DNA from: an uncultured Chloroflexia bacterium
GTDB taxonomy: Bacteria; Chloroflexota; Limnocylindria; Limnocylindrales; CSP1-4
Direction: 5' to 3'
Assembly: GCA_963768655.1 (NCBI GenBank)
Contig: CAVYIM010000003.1
Span: 800,001 to 864,000 of the forward strand
DNA length: 64,000 nt
Position numbers and translations under genes: made by a program. The notes below the pieces were generated by a model. It did no database searches. It was not told where the DNA came from and worked only from the letters and a program-made list of their open reading frames with translations. Positions within the stretch are counted from its first letter, which is position 1. Every line of letters begins with the position of its first letter. Shown in pieces: positions 20,452 to 30,900 of this stretch.

Positions 20452-20501
20452 CGTTTGGCGACCTTTCGCGCGGACGCGACAACCGAATTAGCGATGCCGC
20501 G

Positions 20502-21182
20502 TCAGCCGATCGGCGCAGCCAAACGCAGTCGCGGACGCTCGGGATCCGCGTTGTCCACTAACGCATTCGCCTTCTCCATGGGACGGGCCTGGTCGAAGTA
20601 GAGGCGCTGACCGGGCAGGTAGCGGACGGCGTAGCGGTGCAGAACCGCGGCTTCGTCACCGAACAGCGCCCGATCGCGCACCGCCGCTCGTCGTTGCGTC
20701 TCCGCAAACGGCACGGCCACGAAGACGCTGAAGTCCCAGGCGTCGATCAGCTCGCGGCGGAGCAGGAAGACGCCGTCGAACACGAGGACGGCGTTGGGCG
20801 GCGCCGCCTCCGTCGAGGCGGCCACCGGCCCATCGGTCCGAAAGTCGAAGACGCGGCGGCGGAACCGCCGGCTGCCGCCGGGACCCAGCGGGTCGAGAAG
20901 CGCCGCCCGCAGAACCGGGTAGTCGAACGAGTCGTAGAAGTAGCCCTCGGGCAATTCGGGGCCGCGAGCCAGGCGCTGCGCCCGCGGCCGGTGGAAGCCA
21001 TCCACGGATGCCCGAACGACCGGCCGGCCCGCTCGCTCGATCAGCGGGGCCAGCTCGTCGGCGAGGATCGTCTTGCCGGCGGCATCGGGTCCATCGATCG
21101 CGACGCGCACCGGGTGCGGTCGGTCGACCTCGAGGATCAGCCCGGCCAGCGTCTCAAGGCAGCTCCAACGCTCGGGGGTCAT
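20502..21182 (-). CDS. Uridine kinase-like P-loop kinase
   Basis: VAIDGPDAAGKT, VDGFH, FDGVFL. Confidence 0.8.
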   Translation of the reverse strand: MTPERWSCLETLAGLILEVDRPHPVRVAIDGPDAAGKTILADELAPLIERAGRPVVRASVDGFHRPRAQRLARGPELPEGYFYDSFDYPVLRAALLDPLGPGGSRRFRRRVFDFRTDGPVAASTEAAPPNAVLVFDGVFLLRRELIDAWDFSVFVAVPFAETQRRAAVRDRALFGDEAAVLHRYAVRYLPGQRLYFDQARPMEKANALVDNADPERPRLRLAAPIG

Positions 21183-21277
21183 CGGGCCGATTGTAGGTTG
21201 GCGGGCGCCGGGTTCGCGCTGCGGATCGCCCTATCGGCCCGCGCTTCCCGTCCTCGCTGGCGGCGTAGACTCCATCC

Positions 21278-21989
21278 ATGAACTGGTTCGTCGACCCGCA
21301 CAAGAAGCGGATGCCTGCTCCGGATGAAGTCCTGCCCGGCCGCCCCGACGCGATGCCGGTTCCCGAGCGACACGCCGTCCTCGGCTCAGCCTCTTCGACC
21401 TCCGTACCCTGCCGGCAGCGAGATCGCCGAATTCGGCATGGGCTGCTTCTGGGGGGCCGAGAAGCTCTACTGGCAGCAGCCCGGCGTCGTCTCGACAGCC
21501 GTGGGTTACTCGGGCGGTTACACGCCCAATCCGACCTATGAAGAGGTCTGCACCGGCCGGACCGGCCACATCGAAACCGTCCGCGTCGTCTTCGATCCCG
21601 CCAAGGTCTCGTACGGCGAACTGCTCAAGCTCTTCTGGGAGGAGCACGATCCGACGCAAGGGATGCGCCAGGGCGGCGACCAGGGGACGCAATACCGCTC
21701 GGCGATCCTGACCCACGGCGAGGCACAGCAGCGGGAGGCCGAGGCGTCGCGCGACGCCTTCCAGGCCCGCTTGAAGGCGGCCGGCCACGGCACGATCACG
21801 ACCGAGATCCATCCCGCGCCCGAGTTCTACTTCGCCGAGGAATACCACCAGCAGTACTTGAAGAAAGTCCCGAACGGCTACTGCCCGAACCACGCCACCG
21901 GCGTGACCCTGCCGGCCGACTTCTTCAAGTCCGAGACGGCGGCGCGGAGGGCAGCCGACGCGGCCGCGGCGATCCAGAAGGCTCGCTGA
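21278..21989 (+). CDS. msrA: Peptide-methionine (S)-S-oxide reductase; frameshift near 21385
   Basis: [33 protein letters not shown]. Confidence 0.95.
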
Positions 21990-22016
21990 CCGGGCGACCC
22001 TCCGAGCCAGGAATCA

Positions 22017-22046
22017 CGAAACGGGCGGCAGGTGCCGCCCGTTTCG
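22017..22046. terminator. Hairpin between convergent msrA and flp
   Basis: CGAAACGGGCGGCA-GG-TGCCGCCCGTTTCG perfect inverted repeat. Confidence 0.75.
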
Positions 22047-22064
22047 CCTTATCGGTCGCGAGAA

Positions 22065-22205
22065 CTACAGGGCGTGGCCGATGGTGCTGAGGATCGTGTC
22101 GATCTGGCCGCTCAGGAAGAGCAGAGCGGTGATCGCGAGGATGGCGATGAGTGCCAGGATGAGGGCGTATTCCGCAAGGCCCTGGCCGCGAGAGGTGAGG
22201 CGCAT
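22065..22205 (-). CDS. flp: Flp/Fap type IVb pilin (46 aa, missing from the ORF track)
   Basis: Manual translation MRLTSRGQGLAEYALILALIAILAITALLFLSGQIDTILSTIGHAL, with the G|QxxxEY prepilin motif and a GGAGG RBS. Confidence 0.9.
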   Translation of the reverse strand: MRLTSRGQGLAEYALILALIAILAITALLFLSGQIDTILSTIGHAL

Positions 22206-22416
22206 GATACATACCTCCGATGAATACCTTCCCCCCGGGATGGAGGGTGGACGATTGCCCGGCGATGGTACGTCATATGTGCCCGCGTGAGCAGGGCGAA
22301 AGCGTCATCGTGGTGCGTCTTGTCCACACATCGAGCGGCCGGATCATGGGCGTCGCGGCATCCTCGATCGCCGTAGGATGGCTCGCTCGCCTGGGCCGCG
22401 TGAGATTGCGATGAGA

Positions 22417-23532
22417 TCATTCGGGTCGATGCGTCAGAGCCGGCAGATCGTCGGCCAGGCACGCCGCCCCCGACGGGTAGTCGTACTCGAGCTCGCCGAC
22501 GATGGCGCGCAGCCGGCTCTCTGCCTCCCCTCGACTCGTCGCTCCATCGAGCGCGGCCCAGTAAGCTCGCCGTATTCGTTCGTGGAGGAGTGGCTTCTTG
22601 GGCAGCTTGGCCAGGACGTTGCGAAGGCGATGGACAGTGCAGCGCTGCCGGTCGGCGTCGGGCCAGAGCTGCCCGATTGCGGCGATGAGCCCAGGCGCTC
22701 CATCGGACACGACCAGGAGCGGACTCGCCAGACCGCGGGCAGCGAGGCCACGGCCCAGATCGAGCCAGTCCTCGGTTCGTTCGCGCTGACCCAGACAAAC
22801 ATCGAGCAGCACACGTTCGCCATCGAGCGTGTAGCCCCAGGCCACCAGAACGCCCTCCTTGGGACCGTCCGGGCGCACGGGCAGGTAGATCGCGTCGCAC
22901 ATCAGGCTCAACAGGCGGATGCCGGCGAGGTTCTTCGCTCGAAACGCCCGATAGCGGTCGCGCAACTCACGGCAGACGTCGGACACGGCGGTCTTGCTGA
23001 TCTGGCCCAGCCCTGCCTCGGCCGCGAGGGACTCGATGTCGCGCGTGGACAGGCCCCGGACGTAGGCGCCGATGACCAGGGCCTCGAGCGGTCGGGTCCG
23101 GATCGAAGTGCGACAGTCGGGGATGACCGAACTCACGAAGCGGGTCAGGCTGTCGCGGACCTGGGGCACTGCGATCGTGAGCTGTCCCTCGGCGGTCACG
23201 ATCTCGCGTGGTCGGTGGCCGTTGCGCGAGCCGCGGGCCTGCGGCGTGCGCTCGAACCGGGCGCGGCGCAGGAACCGCTCGACCTCCTCCTCGATGGCCC
23301 GCTGGAACACGAGCTGGGCGCCCAGGCGGCCGAGCTTGCTCAGCTGATCGAGGCCGTCAACCACCGTCCCCGCTCTCGAGGCCGTCGAGCAACAACTGCT
23401 CGATCTCGGCTTCGATCTGGACACTCGGGGCTATCCTTGCTTGCACGGCGCAGTCCTCCTGATGCGAACTTCCTAAGGTCCGCTTCGGAGCCTACGCCGT
23501 CTTCACTTTTGCAGCAGTCTCAGGACGCCACC
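22417..23532 (-). mobile_element. IS256-family element, 3'-truncated; transposase frameshifted near 23370
   Basis: RNGHRPR, GLSTRD, CDAIY, LVVSDGAPGL, QRCTVH. Homology ends at ACLADDLPAL. Probable terminal IR GGTGGCGTCCTGAGACTGCTGCAAAAG ends at 23532; no second end seen. Confidence 0.88.
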
Positions 23533-23653
23533 GTGGCCGCCCGTTCCGCTGACACAAGACGCCCGGCGCCGGCCCCGAAAGTGTGCGCCAATGGCACCAG
23601 AGACGGGCGTCTGCCTGCCCTATTCGCACGACGCTTCAGGGTCGAGCCTAACC

Positions 23654-23800
23654 CTACGGCTGGTACAGCTCGGCTGAGTCGAGATTTGATCCGTTAGCCT
23701 GCGAGCCCGGCGGACTCGAAGTCGATCCTCCGGCGATGAGGACGCGGCCGTCGGACAGCAGAGTGGCGGTTTGCGAGTGCCGATCTGATCGCGCCGCGCC
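23654..23800 (-). pseudogene. Kelch-repeat gene remnant
   Basis: A single kelch unit, HSQTATLLSDGRVLIAGG...LDSAELYQP*, with no coherent upstream frame. Confidence 0.6.
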
Positions 23801-24008
23801 GAACCTGACCTCCGATCGACCGGGGTCGAACCCGGCGCAGCCCACGTCCGGGCCGCGCCGCCCACCGAGCGCCTCCGGTCCGCGAGAACTTGACAGCTCC
23901 GTCGCCGGACCGATAGTTCGTCGGGTCAACTCCAAACGAGTCTGAGGCCTTCGCGAGCCGCGGTACCTGCCCGCGCGGCCGGGGACATGTCGCCGGAGGA
24001 TAGGGAAC

Positions 24009-27000
24009 ATGCGCGACCGGACGATCCGAGGCAGCAAGTGGCTGTCGGCTGCAACGACCTTGATCCTCGTCGCGAGCCTCGGGCCCGGCGTCGCGGGCAC
24101 GGCGGGGGCCAGTCCCGGCACGACCCCGCCGAGCGCCCCGACCGGGCTGTCGGTCGGCGACCGTCAGGCGCCTCTCGACGTCGCGGGGACGCCTCAATTC
24201 GGCTGGCTGCCGCAGGACGCCGACGGCAACGAGATCGAGACGGCGTACGAGATCCAGGTCAACCGCGCCAGCGACGGTGTGCTGATCTACGACAGCGGCA
24301 AGGTGGCGTCGTCGGCTGAGACGTACGTCCCGTACGCCGGCCCGGCGCTGGCGAGCGGCACGAGTTACAGCTGGACGGTTCGCACGTGGGACCGGACCGA
24401 TCAGGTATCGCCGTGGGCGGCGACCTCGCACTTCGACACTGCCATCGGCGACGGCGACTGGTCGGGCGCGCAGTCGATCCGTCGCGTAACCTCCGGCAAC
24501 GACCTCAAGGTCGACTACACACTTGCCCGCAAGCAGTTAACCCTCAGCAATTCGACGAGTCCGGTCGTTCGGGCGCGCGTCTACATCGCCGAAGAGGGCG
24601 AATGGCAGCTCCACGTCAACGGCCAGGTGATCGACACCCAGTACGACTACCAGGCGCCGGGCGAGACCTATTACGACGTTGAAGACATCACCGCCCAGGC
24701 GCTGGCTGCCCAGCAGGCGAGCGGAGCGGCCGCGAACCAGCTCGCCGTTGGGATCAAGTACGCCGCCTGGGCCACGACCGAGGCCGAGCCGCGCATGGAG
24801 GGCCCGGTCGCAGTGAGCACCACGCTCTCTGCGGCCGCGAACGCCGGCGCCACGACAATCGCCGTCTCCAGCTCGTCGTCGGCGGCCTTCTACGCCGTCG
24901 GTGAGAACCTGGGCATAGGCACCGCCGGCTCGTCCACCTTCGAAGTGGCGACGATCCGCTCGATCGCGGGGACGACGGTCACGCTGATCGCCGGGCTCAA
25001 GTTCGCCCACGCCAGCGGTTCGGCCGTCGTGACCGAAGACGGTCCGTCGGGCCTTCTGGTGAAGGTCGTCGTCGACCACGCGGATGGTGTGCGGGATACG
25101 TTCGTCTCCGACCCCAGCTGGCTGGTCACCAAGGACACCTCTGAGCTGACCACCACCACAACTCTGCGCAGCACCCAGAACGCCGGGACGTACGTCGAGT
25201 ACTACGACGTCCGCAACGAGATCAGCGGCTGGGACACCGTGGGCTTCACCCCAGGCAGCGCGTGGGTCGGAGCGACGAGCCTGGGGGCGCATCCACTGCC
25301 GAACCCCCGCAGCTGCTCCAACTACCTCAGCGCCGGGTCGCCGTGCGGCTTCACCCACGTCATTCCGATGCAGTCATCGCTGGCCTACAAGACCGTCCAT
25401 CCGGTTTCGGTCAGGACGCTCACCGACGGCACCGTCGTGGCCGACTTCGGCACGGCCATCTACGGCGTGCCCGCCGTCAGCTTCAACAGCGGCTCCGCCG
25501 GACGAACGGTCGACCTGGACGGCAGCTACCGGCTCGATCACGGCACGCTCTCTTCAGCCACCTCCGCCGGCGCGACAACGATCAGCGTGGCGAGCCTGAC
25601 GAACTTCGCGGTCAAGGTTGGCGACACCGTGACCGTCGATGCGCCTGCCGACGGCTACGGGGCAGGTCATCCCGAGGAGCGAACCGTCACTGCGATCAAC
25701 GGCACGACTCTCACATTGAACGCGGCGCTCTCGCAGTCGCACGCGGCCGGCGTCTGGGTCGAAGGCTCCCGCGTCGGCACGCAGGCGCTCGACAACCAGT
25801 CGACCAACCTCAACTTCTACTTCACCGAGAGGGCCGGCTCCCAGGCGACGAACTTCTTCGTCGGCGAGGGCTTCCGCTACCTGCAGATCTCCGGCGCCGG
25901 CGAGGCGCTTTCGGCCTCGCAGATATCGGCCGTCGCTTCCGCGGAGAACGCCCCGGTTGGGCTCGGCGTGTACGCGATCGGGCAGGGCAGCTCGCCGGCC
26001 GGGAACGAGGCGACGTTCACGAGCAGCAACGCGACGCTCAACAACGTGTTCGCGCTCTTCGAGCGCTCGGCGCTCTACAGCGGCGAGGAGGAGTTCAACG
26101 ACTCGCCCGACCGCCAGGATGGGCAGTTCTTGGGCGACGCCGTCGACGAGTCGATGGCGACCATGGAGGCACTCGACGAGCGCGGACTCACCGTGGAGGC
26201 GATCGACAACTTCATCTACTCGCAGCAGCGTTACTGGCTGAGTGCCGGGTCGCAGTTCGGGGACATGAACGCTGTGTACCCGGACGGCGACGGCAAGCGC
26301 GACATTCCCGACTACACCGAGATGTTCACCGAATGGGTGATGGCGTACTACCAGCTCACCGGCGACCGGGCGACGCTCGCGTCCGCCTATCCGACGATGA
26401 AGAACGTGGGCGCCTACGTCACGGCCAACATCCCAACGAGCGGTCCCTTCGCCGGCCTCGTCTATGACCTCGCCGGCGGATCCAGCAGTTCGTACAAGTA
26501 CGGCATCCTCGACTGGCCGTCCGACATGCGCTACGACATGCTCTTCCTCGGCTCGAACAGCGGCGGCGCCGCCGAGGCCCTCGTGAACGATCGGGCGGTC
26601 GAGGTCTACCGCGACCTCGCCGCCGCCGCGGCGGCCCTGGGCAACACCGCCGACGCGGCCACCTACACGACGGCGATGAACAACCTGATCAGTGCGATCA
26701 ACTCCAAGCTCGTCGAATCGAACGGGCTCTACGACGACGGCCTGGAGGCGACGAACTCCCAGGGCACCGCCGCGCAGCTCACCGGCCACGCTTCGGAGCA
26801 TGCCCAGGCGTTCGCGATCGAATACGGCGTCGCGCCCGCGTCGAGCTACGCGACACTTGCCACCTTCATCGCCGGCCAGGGAATGAAGATGGGCCCGATG
26901 GATCTCGGCCAGCTCGAGCAGGCACTCGTGGACGCCGACCGGCCCGACACTCTGGTATCGCTCCTGACCAGCGCGACGGCGGACGGCCCGGCCAGGATCC

Positions 27001-27461
27001 TGGCCGAGAACGGAACTTCGATGTGGGAGCAGTGGGACCCCGGCTGCTCCACGGCCGGCTGTACGGGCTCCTCGGTCAGCCAGACCAGCACCGAGAGCTT
27101 CTCCCACGGCTGGGGCTCCGTCGGCATCTACAGCATCCTGCGCGGGCTACTCGGTATCAGCGTGACCTCGCCCGGCGCCGCGACTGTGACCATCGCGCCT
27201 CCCGACGCCGGCCTCTCGTCGGCCTCCGGCAGCGAGTGGACCGAGAGCGGCCCGGTCGGCGTCAGCTGGACCCGCGGCACGAACGGTGTGACCCTCGACG
27301 TCACGATCCCGGTCAACCAGACCGCAACGGTCTCGCTGCCGGCCCCGAGCGGCCAGACGTACGTCGCCAGCGGCGCCGGCGCACCCGTCTACATCGGCCT
27401 CGTGAACGGCCGGCAGGTATATCAGGTTGGCTCCGGCGCGACGCACTTCGCCCCTGCCTGA
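24009..27461 (+). CDS. Secreted GH78 alpha-L-rhamnosidase-family protein with two inserted beta-rich modules
   Basis: Signal peptide; PQFGW...YEIQV...DSGKV; VADFG; GFRYLQ; DSPDRQDGQFLGD; TSMWEQW; SFSHGW; GPVGVSW. Confidence 0.88.
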   Translation: MRDRTIRGSKWLSAATTLILVASLGPGVAGTAGASPGTTPPSAPTGLSVGDRQAPLDVAGTPQFGWLPQDADGNEIETAYEIQVNRASDGVLIYDSGKVASSAETYVPYAGPALASGTSYSWTVRTWDRTDQVSPWAATSHFDTAIGDGDWSGAQSIRRVTSGNDLKVDYTLARKQLTLSNSTSPVVRARVYIAEEGEWQLHVNGQVIDTQYDYQAPGETYYDVEDITAQALAAQQASGAAANQLAVGIKYAAWATTEAEPRMEGPVAVSTTLSAAANAGATTIAVSSSSSAAFYAVGENLGIGTAGSSTFEVATIRSIAGTTVTLIAGLKFAHASGSAVVTEDGPSGLLVKVVVDHADGVRDTFVSDPSWLVTKDTSELTTTTTLRSTQNAGTYVEYYDVRNEISGWDTVGFTPGSAWVGATSLGAHPLPNPRSCSNYLSAGSPCGFTHVIPMQSSLAYKTVHPVSVRTLTDGTVVADFGTAIYGVPAVSFNSGSAGRTVDLDGSYRLDHGTLSSATSAGATTISVASLTNFAVKVGDTVTVDAPADGYGAGHPEERTVTAINGTTLTLNAALSQSHAAGVWVEGSRVGTQALDNQSTNLNFYFTERAGSQATNFFVGEGFRYLQISGAGEALSASQISAVASAENAPVGLGVYAIGQGSSPAGNEATFTSSNATLNNVFALFERSALYSGEEEFNDSPDRQDGQFLGDAVDESMATMEALDERGLTVEAIDNFIYSQQRYWLSAGSQFGDMNAVYPDGDGKRDIPDYTEMFTEWVMAYYQLTGDRATLASAYPTMKNVGAYVTANIPTSGPFAGLVYDLAGGSSSSYKYGILDWPSDMRYDMLFLGSNSGGAAEALVNDRAVEVYRDLAAAAAALGNTADAATYTTAMNNLISAINSKLVESNGLYDDGLEATNSQGTAAQLTGHASEHAQAFAIEYGVAPASSYATLATFIAGQGMKMGPMDLGQLEQALVDADRPDTLVSLLTSATADGPARILAENGTSMWEQWDPGCSTAGCTGSSVSQTSTESFSHGWGSVGIYSILRGLLGISVTSPGAATVTIAPPDAGLSSASGSEWTESGPVGVSWTRGTNGVTLDVTIPVNQTATVSLPAPSGQTYVASGAGAPVYIGLVNGRQVYQVGSGATHFAPA

Positions 27462-27992
27462 TCGCGAGTCGCGTTCGGTCGCGGCCCAAGCCCGGATCGG
27501 CCGGTCAAGCGCGCCGATCGCCTGACCGCGCGCCGGTCCCGGCTCGTGAGCCGGCAGCGTGGCTCATTTGACAGTGACTGCAGCCCGGTCGGGATCGCCC
27601 AGAGGGGAAGAGCCGACGACGACCCGCGAGGGCTGCACTTGGCGCCGCCGCACTCAGGCGGGCCCTCGGCCGCTTCGACCGACGCTATCTGGCGCGTGGG
27701 GACAAGGCGACCGCGAGCTGGACTGCCGCCACCGAGGAGTGGCCAACAGGTCGACGCGAGTCGGGCGCAGAGAGCCAGCGGTCGGACCCGCCGCCTCGTC
27801 CGATGGCGAGGCCTATCGGATAGCCATTGCCACGCGCCCGGCGTACTATCCGCCTGTTCCGGCACGGCCGGGCCGGGAGGAATGGCCCGCCGACCGAACG
27901 AAGCTCGCACTTTCCGGATGACGATGGGGGCACGTCAGCCCGATCGCGCACTGGGGATGCGAACGCGGTTTCGACGGAAAGGAGTGGGTCAG

Positions 27993-30900
27993 GTGAAGCT
28001 GCTCTCGTCTGGGGATCGTCGGGCACGCGGAGTCGCAGCGATGTGGGGGACTACCCTCGCCATGGTCATCGGTCTGCTCGGAGCCGGTCTGACGCCGTCA
28101 CTCGTGCCTGCCGCCCGGGCCGCCAACGGCACACCGCTGGGCCAGTCGGATACCTCGGTTGCCACCACGAGCGGATCGGTCATCTCCGCCGGCTTCTACC
28201 ACACCTGCGCCATCAAGACGGACGGCACCCTGGCGTGCTGGGGCTACAACGACCACGGCCAGGCCAGCCCCCCCACCGGAACCTTCACCGCGGTCAGCGC
28301 CGGCCTCTACCACACCTGCGCCATCAAGACCGGCGGCACCCTGGCCTGCTGGGGCGACAACGAGTATGGCCAATCCAGCCCGCCCGCTGGAACCTTCACC
28401 GCGGTGAGCGTCGGCTACTACCACTCCTGCGCCATCAGAAGCGACGGCACGCTGGCTTGCTGGGGGAACAACGCGTATTCCCAGGCCACCCCGCCGACCG
28501 GAACTTTCACCTCGGTGAGCGCCGGCTCGTACCACACCTGCGCGATCAAGACCAACGGCGCGCTGACCTGCTGGGGAAGCAACAACTACGGCCAGACCAC
28601 CGCGCCCGCTGGGACCTTCGCGGCGGTCGCCGCCGGCGGCATCCACACCTGTGCAATCAGGACCAACGGCACCCTGGCCTGCTGGGGGGACAACACCGAC
28701 GGCCAGGCCAGCCCGCCCGCCGGCACCTTCACCGCGGTGACCGCCGGCGGCGACCACACTTGCGCCATCAAGTCCAACGGCACGCTGGCCTGTTGGGGCT
28801 ACAACAGCGACGGTCAGGCGAGCCCGCCGACCGGGACCTTCATCGCTGTGAGTGCCGGCGGCTATCGCACCTGCGCCATCAAGACGGACGACTCCATCGC
28901 CTGCTGGGGCGACAACACCTACGGCCAGGCCAGCCCACCATCCGGTCGGTTCACCGGCGCCCACCTTCCGACCGTGAGCGCCGGTGCCTACCACACCTGT
29001 GCCATCAAGGCCGACGGCACGCTGGCCTGCTGGGGCTACAACGACGACGGCCAGGCCAGCCCGCCCGCAGGGACTTTCACCGCAGTGAGCTCCGGCGATT
29101 ACTACACCTGCGCCATCAAGACCAACGGCACTCTGGCCTGCTGGGGAAACAATGGCGAAGGCCAGCTCAACGCGCCCACCGGGACCTTCACCGCAGTGAG
29201 CGCCGGCGATTACCACGCCTGCGCCATCAAGACCAACGGCACTCTGGCCTGCTGGGGCGAGAACACATACGGCCAAGCGAGCCCGCCGGCCGGGACCTTC
29301 ACCGCAGTGAGCGGCGGCTCCTACCACACCTGCGCCATCAAGACCAACGGCACTCTGGCCTGCTGGGGAAACAATGGCGAAGGCCAGCTCAACGCGCCCA
29401 CCGGGACCTTCACCGCAGTGAGCGGCGGCTCCTACCACACCTGCGCCATCAAGACCAACGGCACTCTGGCCTGCTGGGGCGAGAACACATACGGCCAAGC
29501 GAGCCCGCCGGCCGGGACCTTCACCGCAGTGAGCGGCGGCTCCTACCACACCTGCGCCATCAAGACCAACGGCACTCTGGCCTGCTGGGGTGATAACACC
29601 TACGGCGAAGCCACCCCGCCGTCCGGGACCTTCACCGCGGTGAGCGCCGGAAACCTGTTCACCTGTGTGGTAGGGACCAATAGCACCGTGGTCTGCTGGG
29701 GGAACAACAACGAGAAGCAGTCGACTGTGCCTGCGGTCAAGCTCGTGGTGGCAGGGTTCCCGAGCCCGACAACTGCCGGCGTCGCCCACAACCTGACCGT
29801 GACCGCGAAGGACCCCTTTGGGGCCACCGCCACCGGCTACACCGGCACGGTCCACATCTCGAGCAGCGATGGCGCCGCGACCCTGGCGGGCAACGCCAAG
29901 CTCACATCGGGAGCCGGCACCTTTGGCGTGACTCTTCGCACACCCGGCACCCAGTCGGTGACCGCGACGGACACGACGACGGCCTCCATCACCGGCTCCC
30001 AGAGCGTCGTGGTCGCTCCGCCCGCCTCCACGTACCACGCCACTAGCCCGGCGCGGGTGCTGGACTCCCGCCCCACAGGCTCGGGTCACACCAACATCGG
30101 ACTATCCGGTAAGTTCACCGCAGGTACGGTCCGGACCTTCGCGGTGGCCGGTGTCATCGGCGTGGGGGCGAGCAGCGTCGCCGTACCGACCAATGCCACC
30201 GCGGTCACGGGCAACCTCACCATCGTGAACGAGACCGCCCCCGGAGTGGTCGCCCTGGGACCGACCATGACCGCCAGCGGTGCCACTACCACGATCAACT
30301 TCGTCAAGGGCGACATTCGGGCCAACAACGTGACTATGGGGCTAGGAGCCGGAGGCAAGCTCTCGGCGGTCTATCGCTCGGCTACCGCCGGAGCCACGAT
30401 CGATCTCATCTTCGATGTCACAGGCTTCTTCACCCCCGATACGAGCGGTGCCACCTATCACGTCCTCGCCCCGGGCCGGATCCTCGATACCAGACCGACC
30501 GGAGCGGGTCACACCAACATCGGTCTTGCGGGTAAGTTCGCCAACAAGAGTGTCCGGACCTTCGCGATCGCAGGGGTCAAGGCCCTGGGCTGGTCATCCG
30601 CCCTGGTACCGTCGGCCGCCACCGCTGTCACCGGCAACCTGACCGTGACCGATGCCAGCTCTATCGGCTATGTCTCGGTCGGTCCCACGATCGCGGCCGT
30701 ACCCTCGACCTCGACTCTCAATGTCGCCGCCGGCACCACCGTCGCCAACGGCGTCACCGTGGCCCTAAAGAGCGGCAAGCTAGAGGCCGTCTGGGATGGC
30801 ACCGCCGGATCATCGGCCGATGTCATCTTCGATGTCACCGGCTACTTCACCGCAGGGACCGGTGGTCTGTCCTACTACCCGATCGCACCGGTTCGGGTTC

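Noticed and set aside
28184-29730. Diversity-generating retroelement (variable NNC codons in the repeat loops)
   Set aside because: There is no reverse transcriptase or separate template repeat in the window. Differences are not adenine-specific and include synonymous sites.
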